From positions 38,363 through 102,362 of the forward strand of contig CAWHCF010000053.1 in the NCBI GenBank assembly GCA_963827655.1: DNA of 64,000 nt, in the 5' to 3' direction. Of this stretch, positions 56,831 to 64,000 are shown one piece after another. The position numbers and the translations under genes are program-made. The stretch is from an uncultured Acidobacteriota bacterium (GTDB lineage Bacteria; Acidobacteriota; UBA6911). Position 1 is the stretch's first letter. The number at the start of each line of letters is the position of its first letter. The notes beneath the pieces were generated by a model. It saw nothing but the letters and a program-made list of their open reading frames with translations, was not told the DNA's origin and searched no databases.

Positions 56831-59800
56831 TTACCCTTCTTTCTCCGACGTCTCGATTTCTGCGAAGGACGGAGCGCGCCAGAGCCGCACGGTGCCGTTG
56901 TAGTCGGCGGTGACCATCGTGTTGCCGTCCGGCGAGAACAGGACGGCGAAGATGGTGCGTTCGTGGCCTTCAAGTCTGGCAACTTCCTGCCACGTTGAGG
57001 AGTTCCAAAGTTTCACAGTGTCCACAACGCTGGCCAGTGTACGGCCGTCAGGAGAAAAGCACAGGTCGTAAGGCCCTTCGTTGTGGCCGGAGGGGAATCG
57101 TGAAACCGCCTTGCCGCGCCGGGCGTCCCATACGGTGACCGCAAAGTCTTGATGGCTGGAGATCAATGTTTGGCCATCCGCCGCAAACTCCAGAGAAAGA
57201 ACCAGCGAAAGCCCTTCCAGTCGGTGAATAGTCCTGGCTGAACGGGCCTCGAACACTATAATCTGGCGTGCGGTCGCGACGGCCAGGACCTTTCCATCCG
57301 AAGACCATACCGTCGGAACGTTGAAAGTGATATCCGGCAGGTCGTCGGCAAGAGGGAGATCCGCCAATCTATCGAGTGTATTTGCATCCCAGAGCCGCAG
57401 ACGGGCATCATCTCCGACGGTCGCAAGGCTCTTACCGTCGGGGGAAAAGGCCATATTGCGAATCTGCCGATCGTGTCCGCGGTAGATGCGCCCCGTGCGC
57501 AGCGTCACGTCCCAGAGCTCGACGTCACCGTTTTCTTTGCCTACGGCCAGCGCTCTAAGATCTTGGCGAGAGCACGGGTGCGATGGACTCGAAATCCCCG
57601 GTGTAAACGCCGGCCATAGTCACCTGGAATCCTCTTGCCGTCAGCTCCCTACCGGTCGCTACATCCCAGAACTTTACTCCTCCGTTTTCGTTGACAGTTA
57701 GAAGCGTCCTGCTGTCGGCGGAGAACGCCAGCGGCATGGTTTGCGGTCCTTCATCGATTAGAGGGCTTTCCCGTCTGCGCGCGCGAGCGTCCCATAACAC
57801 GACGCGGCCGGTCTGCTCTACGGTGGCAAGCGTCCGGCCATCCGGGGAAAAGGCGAGCGCCCAGATCTGATCCTCCGGGCCCTGCAGGGCTACGAGCTCC
57901 TCCCCCTTTGTATAATCCCAGAGCCGCAGGGTTCCTTCTGAGCCGATGCTGGCCAGCACGGCTTCGGCGGGCGAAAAAGCCAGATCGAGGACGAATCCAT
58001 TATGCCGCATCATAGAAGTAACCTCCTTCCGGGTGGCTACTTCCCAGAGCCGGAGACGGCCATTCCAGCACCCCCCAGGAGGTAACGGCCGTCTGGAGAG
58101 AAGGCAAGCGAGGATACGTCCCGTACCGGAGCGGCCAGTCCGGAAGCTCTTCGAGCGCAGGCACGGACCAAAATTTTATCTCGCAGCGATTGGCGTAGGG
58201 AAACCCGGTGCCGCTGACGAGCGTCCGCCCGTCGGGCGAGAAGGCGAGGTGCTTCGCATTGTGCCAGGTCTTGAATTCGACGGGTTTCGACCGCACGCGC
58301 TGCCAGGTGGAATCGTGCCAGCGCCACAGGATAAGGCTCGCGCCGCCGGTCGCCATCAAGTCCCCGTCCGCGGAAAAGGCAACCACATGTACCGGCTCGG
58401 TGAGAAGCAGTTCCCTGCCCTTCCAGGTATCCGTGTCCCACGCCCTGAGCCCGGCGTTTCCGTGCGCGATGAGTGTGCGACGCAAGACGGAAAAGCCGAG
58501 GACAACCTCCTGTTCGGGAAGCGTGAAGATTGGCTCCGCCGGCGAACGGAGGTCCCATACGGCTTTTCCCGCAGCGAGAAGTATCCGCATCCCCCAGAAA
58601 CCTGACCTGTCGCAGTCCCTCTGTCGTCTTCAACACCAATTTCTCGTCACCACGCGAGCGGCCCCAGAAGTAACGCCACTCAAACCCCCGGCGGTCCTGG
58701 CTTCCCGGCGCCGGGCGGTGCCGGTTCAGTAGAGCGCGGGCACGGCCAAGGGTGTGGTCCGCCAGCGCCAGCCGGAGCAGATTCATGTCGGCAGCATACA
58801 GACTGTCCTCGGCTCGCTCCCGCTCGCGGCTGATACGAAGAGCGGCGATTGCAGAACGAATAGTCACGGCGAGGAGAAGCAGGAGGGTCGACGCACTTAA
58901 ACTCGCGACAATGGGCTTGCGCCTGCTCCATCGCCAGACCGTTTCCAACCGACCAACCGGGCGGGCCTGGATCGGTTCATCACGCAGAAAACGGCCGAGT
59001 TCATCTGCCAGGTCTTGCGCCGCCGCGTATCGTTTGGCCGGTTCCTTCTCCAGGCATCTCAGAGTGATCGTTTCCAGGTCGGGCGGCACCGGCGTTCAGC
59101 CTGCGCGGCGCAATCGGCTCGGCGCTCACGACCTGATTCAGCGTGTCCGCCATCGTCTGTCCCGTGAACGGCGGGCGTCCCGTCACCAGGTGATAGAGCA
59201 CAGCCCCCAGCGCAAATACATCGCTCCCCCGCGCTCGACTTGGCGCCGCTTGCCTGCTCCGGCGACATGTAATTCGGCGAGCCAAGCACTTGGCCGGTCA
59301 CGGTCAGATCCAAATCCGAGTTCAGACGCTTGGCGAGACCGAAGTCGGTTACACGGGGATGATCGAAATGATCGATGAGAATGTTGGATGGCTTCAGGTC
59401 GCGGTGCAGGATTCCTTGCCGGTGGGCATGCTCGATCGCCTCGGCGATTCTCTGCATATATTGTGCCGCTCGCCTGCAGCGAAGCGGCTGACGGCAGACG
59501 AGCTGCGCCAGATCTATCCCTTCCACATACTCCATCGCAAAATAGTGCTCGTTATGGACCACACCGACTTCATGGATGGAGACGATGTCAGGATGACTCA
59601 AAGCCGCTGCCGCCGAAGCTTCCGCGCGAAACCGTTGTACAGCTTCCGGATTCGACATCGCGCCTAACGGAAGGATCTTCAGCGCCACGATCCGGTCCAG
59701 GCTTACTTGCCGGGCCTTGTGAACCACTCCCATCCCACCACGGCCGATCTCCTCCAGAACTTCGTAATCGCCGAACTTGCGCGGGAAAAAAACCCGAGGA

Positions 59801-59967
59801 TGCGGAGGATGAAGACTCCTCAGGCGGGGTCACTCGGTGTGGACCGGTTTTCCTGCCGTCCCTGAAGCGGGACGGGCTGCCAGCATCAGCAGACAGCGAG
59901 GGCACAAGCGGCTTTGCCCTGCTCCAAGTTCGGCGCTGCATTCGGAACAGCGTTGCACGTCCGTCAT
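56831..59967 (-). CDS. Ser/Thr protein kinase with TM helix and WD40 repeats (multiple frameshifts)
   Basis: N-terminal Cxx[43 protein letters not shown] and many FSPDG/LWD repeats across six or more frame segments. Confidence 0.85.
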
Positions 59968-60026
59968 AAACGTCCCTGCTTGTTCCCTGGCACGGGAGAA
60001 TCGGGAGCACGTAACCTGGAAGGAGT

Positions 60027-60773
60027 TCAAGCCCCTACCGCGGCGATCAAGCTGCGGATTTCCTCGTCGATTTCTTCGGGGCGGCTCACCGTGTGGGCAA
60101 TCTCCAGTCGGAGCAATTCTCCATACCGGCTGCGCATGCGATGCACGGCCATCTTCACCGCGTTTTCCACCAGGCCAAGTTCGGAGGCGAGCTCTTGGTA
60201 GAGAACCAGGCGTTCCGCTCCGGTAAGGCACACTTCCAGGCGCTGGTAGAGTCCGGCCTTGTTCCTGGATACGAATTCTTCCTTAAGCCGCTCCCGTGCG
60301 CGTTCCAGTGTGACGAATGCCCAGCGGCAATCAGACAGTCTTTCAGGCGTGGTATTGTCCGCCGGCTCCAACTGGTAGCGCTCCTCAGCGCCTAACTGGT
60401 CCAGCGGCAGGAAGACGACGCCACCGCCGCGTTTCTGGACACGCCGGCTCTTCCACTCATTCACCAGGAAACGCTTCAGCGACACGAGCAGGTAGGATCG
60501 AAACTTTCCGCCTTCGGGTTTGACGTGTGCCGGGAAATCATTCGCCAGCAGCCGCGTAAAGAACTCCTGAGTGAGGTCCTCTGCCTCGTGCGCGCCATGG
60601 CCACGGCGGCGGACGTAAGCATAGAGGGGATACCAGTAGATGCGGCACAATGTCTCGAGCGCCTCGGCTGCCTGCGGCGAGTTCCCCTGGGCTGCCAGTA
60701 CCACACTCCAGTGCGTGGTGGCGAATATGGCGTGGCCCATCGGCTTGCTTGCATCGTAAGGTTCGCTAGGCAT
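60027..60773 (-). CDS. ECF-type sigma-70 factor (Ser/Thr kinase-associated)
   Basis: FATTHWSVVLAA, YWYPLYAYVRR, AEDLTQEFF, FRSYL, AVKMAVHRMR. Confidence 0.92.
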   Translation of the reverse strand: MPSEPYDASKPMGHAIFATTHWSVVLAAQGNSPQAAEALETLCRIYWYPLYAYVRRRGHGAHEAEDLTQEFFTRLLANDFPAHVKPEGGKFRSYLLVSLKRFLVNEWKSRRVQKRGGGVVFLPLDQLGAEERYQLEPADNTTPERLSDCRWAFVTLERARERLKEEFVSRNKAGLYQRLEVCLTGAERLVLYQELASELGLVENAVKMAVHRMRSRYGELLRLEIAHTVSRPEEIDEEIRSLIAAVGA

Positions 60774-60946
60774 ACGGCAATCGACCCGGCGCAGGCTGGT
60801 TCATAAGGATTTCTATCTTGAGAAGACGCGAAGCGCAAGCGACTTCTGATGGGCGAGACTCCGGCTTCAGGTAGAGCAGTGCAAAAATTGAAGCTTCAAG
60901 AACTGACACCGGGTTATACTCCCAAAAATCGACCAAAGGAGCATCT

Positions 60947-62606
60947 GTGCGGCGTCTCTTCATGGTTTTTCTCTTTCTGCTCGCTGTCGGACCGGCGGAA
61001 CCTCAAACCGTGAACCAGCATGACCTGGTTGTGTACGGCGGCACGGCGGCGGCCATAACCGCCGCCGTGCAGGCAAAACTGATGGGCAAGTCCGTCGTCA
61101 TCGTCTCGCCGGACAAGCATCTGGGCGGCCTCTCGAGCGGCGGTCTGGGGTTCACCGACACCGGCAACAAAGCGGTCATCGGCGGCCTCGCGCGCGAGTT
61201 CTATCAGCGCGTCTGGAAACACTATAACCAGCCCGCTGCCTGGGTCTGGGAGAAACGCGAGGAATATGGCAATAAGGGCCAGGGCACCCCGGCCATGGAC
61301 GGCGAGCTGCGCACGATGTGGATTTTTGAGCCGCACGTGGCCGAGAAGGTTTTCGAGGAATTGATCAAAGAGCACGCGATTCCCGTGCACCGCAATGAAT
61401 GGCTCGACCGCCGGGAAGGGCGTAACGAAGAGCGGCTCTCGCATCGCGTCGATCACGACGCTCAGCGGCAAGCGCTACGCCGGGAAGATGTTCATTGATG
61501 CGACCTACGAGGGCGACCTGATGGCGGCCGCCGGGGTGGACTATCATGTGGGCCGCGAGGCCAATAGCGTTTACGGCGAGACTGGAACGGCGTGCAGACG
61601 GGCGTGCTGCACCATCGCCATCATTTCGGCGCAGTGCCGATGAAGATAAGCCCTTACGTCATCCCCGGCGACCCCGGGAGTGGCGTCTTGCCGCGCATCA
61701 GCACCGCGCCGCCAGGAGAATATGGTCAGGGCGGACAAGCGGGTGCAGGCCTACTGTTTCCGCATGTGTCTGACCGATCATCCCGACAACCGCGCGCCTT
61801 TTCCCAAGCCCGACGGCTACGATCCCAAGCAATACGAGCTGCTCTTGCGCATTTTCGCGGCCGGTTGGCGCGAAACCTTTCAGAAGTTCGATCGAATTCC
61901 CAATCGCAAGACCGACACCAATAATCACGGGCCGATGAGCACCGACAATATCGGTTACAGCTACGATTATCCGGAGGCGTCTTATGAACGCCGCCGCGAG
62001 ATCACGCGTGAACACGAGACTTATCAGAAGGGTTGGCTCTACTTCATCGCCAACGATCCCCGTGTGCCCCCGGAGGTGCAGAAAGAGATGCGCCGCTGGG
62101 GACTGGCCAGAGACGAGTTCAAGGACAACGGCAACTGGCCGCATCAGCTTTACATCCGCGAAGCGCGGCGCATGATCGGTTCATTTGTCATGACCGAACA
62201 CGAACTGCTCAAGCAACGTCCCACGCCCGATTCCGTCGGCATGGGTTCCTACACCATTGATTCGCACAACGTGCAACGCTACATCACGCCCGAAGGCTAC
62301 GTGCAGAATGAAGGCGACATCGGCGTATCAACCAAGGGGCCCTATGAAATCGCCTACGGCGCGCTCGTGCCGAAAAAGGGGCAGGGAGAGAATCTGCTCG
62401 TGCCGGTGTGCGTTTCAACTTCACACATCGCCTTCGGCAGCATCCGGATGGAGCCGGTTTTCATGATCCTGGGCCAGTCGGCGGCGACCGCTGCCGTGCT
62501 GGCAATTGAGGGCAACACGACCGTGCAGGACGTGCCTTATCCGAGACTGCGCGAGCGTCTCTTGAAGGACGGTCAAATTCTCGAATACGCCGCCGCAGGT
62601 AAGTAG
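60947..62606 (+). CDS. Exported FAD-dependent oxidoreductase (about three frameshifts)
   Basis: VVYGGTAA, LGGLSSGGLG, FEPHVAE, FIDATYEGD, YIREARR, DSH, SIRMEP. Confidence 0.85.
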
Positions 62607-62790
62607 CCGAACCCTCGGTTTGTAACGTCAAAACGCCGGTGTCAGGTCTTGAAATTCTTTGTACCGCATACCTGCAGTAGAACCACGAGGTCGGTAAGAA
62701 TCGCCTGGCTCGCTTCGAGATCCAATCCATCCAGGCGAGATGCGCTCCACCAAGGCCAACCAGCGCAGTGTGGACCTTCAGTGACGATTG

Positions 62791-63435
62791 TTATCCGGGG
62801 AACGCCAGACGCGTGAGCCGGGCGATCAGATCGGAAAGGTATCCTCGCAGTTCTTCGTTTGATACACCGCCCGGCGGAACCAGGTCGGAGCCCAACTCAA
62901 TCTGGTTGAGAACCCAGCTCAGCTGGGCAGGCGTCAATCCGGTATCCTTCAGGGCCGCAGCCGGAAAGGCGTCCTCGACCCGGTAGCCAGCCGCCTCGAG
63001 AGCGCGCACATCAACCAGATCGCGGATTTCGGCGCGCTCGAGCAACGTACACAGTTTGTTCGCGAGGATTTCCTCAGGGGGATCCAGGCGAATACCGTTC
63101 ACGACAGGCTTCTCGGGAACCATCTGCGCAACGCGCTCGCGTACCAGGTCTATCACGACGGCTTCCCTCCCCCGACGCAAGAGTAATCGCCGGAAGTCAG
63201 GGTATGTCTGGATGGACTCGAGTGAAGCGCCCCATTGCCGGGCGATCTCAGCCACTGCAGCCCGGCCCTCGTCGAGAGCGTCGCTGACAGTGAAAAGGTC
63301 CAGGTCGTGAGTCTCCCGGTGTCCCAAATGAAAGCCCGCGAGCGCGGCGCCGCCGGTCAAAAAGAACCGGTCTTCACGCCCGAAGAAGGCGTCCAGGAAT
63401 TCTTGTTGCAAGCTGGTCAGTCTGCTATGTACCAA
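62791..63435 (-). CDS. AbiEii/AbiGii-like nucleotidyltransferase toxin
   Basis: FLTGGAAL, HRETHDLDLF, ILANK, RDLVD. Confidence 0.9.
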   Translation of the reverse strand: MVHSRLTSLQQEFLDAFFGREDRFFLTGGAALAGFHLGHRETHDLDLFTVSDALDEGRAAVAEIARQWGASLESIQTYPDFRRLLLRRGREAVVIDLVRERVAQMVPEKPVVNGIRLDPPEEILANKLCTLLERAEIRDLVDVRALEAAGYRVEDAFPAAALKDTGLTPAQLSWVLNQIELGSDLVPPGGVSNEELRGYLSDLIARLTRLAFPG

Positions 63436-63724
63436 TCAGACCCTCTTCGTGCCAGCGATCCATCAGAAACTCCCAGAATTTCCGACGCCGTCCAAGATGG
63501 CGGGAGATATCGGGCCATCTTCGCCAGACTTCTTCGGGCGAAGTAAACTTCCAGACATCGGTGTCGCGAGCCTCCCTCAGCAATTTGGCCAACAGTCGCG
63601 TCTGTTCTGCGAGCGATGCCGTCATCAGGCGACGCCGGAACTCGGCTGACGTCATTGGCTCGTCCCACAGGAAATAAGGAACAGCATTGGGATCGGCCAG
63701 ATCGGTTGAAAGAGAAACGCTCAT
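63425..63724 (-). CDS. Putative cognate antitoxin (small helical protein)
   Basis: PYFLWD, overlaps the toxin start by 11 bp. Confidence 0.75.
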   Translation of the reverse strand: MSVSLSTDLADPNAVPYFLWDEPMTSAEFRRRLMTASLAEQTRLLAKLLREARDTDVWKFTSPEEVWRRWPDISRHLGRRRKFWEFLMDRWHEEGLIGT

Positions 63725-63878
63725 GACGAGCTCCGACAGTCGGGCAGCTGTGGTTTGAGCTGCCTCTCAAGCGACCTTGATGCTTCGATGAACCTACCGC
63801 ACTGGCTCTCGGTTCGTAAAGGAGTTTTGCTTAAAGATCCTTACCGTCTCTTCGTCTTCGTGTCAGCGCCGGCCGGGT

Positions 63879-64000
63879 TCACTCATGGCGCAGGCGCTCC
63901 ACAGGATCAATGGCCGCAGCCCGCAGCGCCGGCAGGCAGCACGCGCCCAACGCCATGGTACCCAGCGTCAAAACCACCGCAGCGATTGTTACCGGATCGG
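63879..64000 (-). CDS. C-terminus of an ADOP-type ABC permease (partial)
   Basis: Manual translation gives DPVTIAAVVLTLGTMALGACCLPALRAAAIDPVERLRHE*. Confidence 0.85.
   Translation of the reverse strand, partial: DPVTIAAVVLTLGTMALGACCLPALRAAAIDPVERLRHE

Overview
This GC-rich bacterial window is most consistent with Acidobacteriota, based on three ADOP-type ABC permease genes or fragments, a PSD1/DUF1501 pair, a TPR-multiheme protein and an ECF sigma/Ser-Thr kinase pair. It contains a glycogen/pentose-phosphate block, a hybrid two-component system, a radical SAM plus flavin halogenase-like pair, many exported hydrolases and oxidoreductases, a two-phosphatase operon, four toxin-antitoxin loci and several dispersed repeat families. 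Many single-base frameshifts in unrelated genes suggest uncorrected sequencing indels. The standout feature is a complete IS110 element (48231-49894) inserted into a REP-like palindrome. Its upstream non-coding end encodes a readable bridge RNA whose two loops match the reconstructed target site and donor junction base for base. A TTGACT-N17-TATGAT promoter forms only on the excised circle, and the recombinase appears to carry Thr at the usual catalytic Ser position. No rRNA, tRNA or CRISPR array was seen. All family calls come from motif recognition by eye, not database searches.
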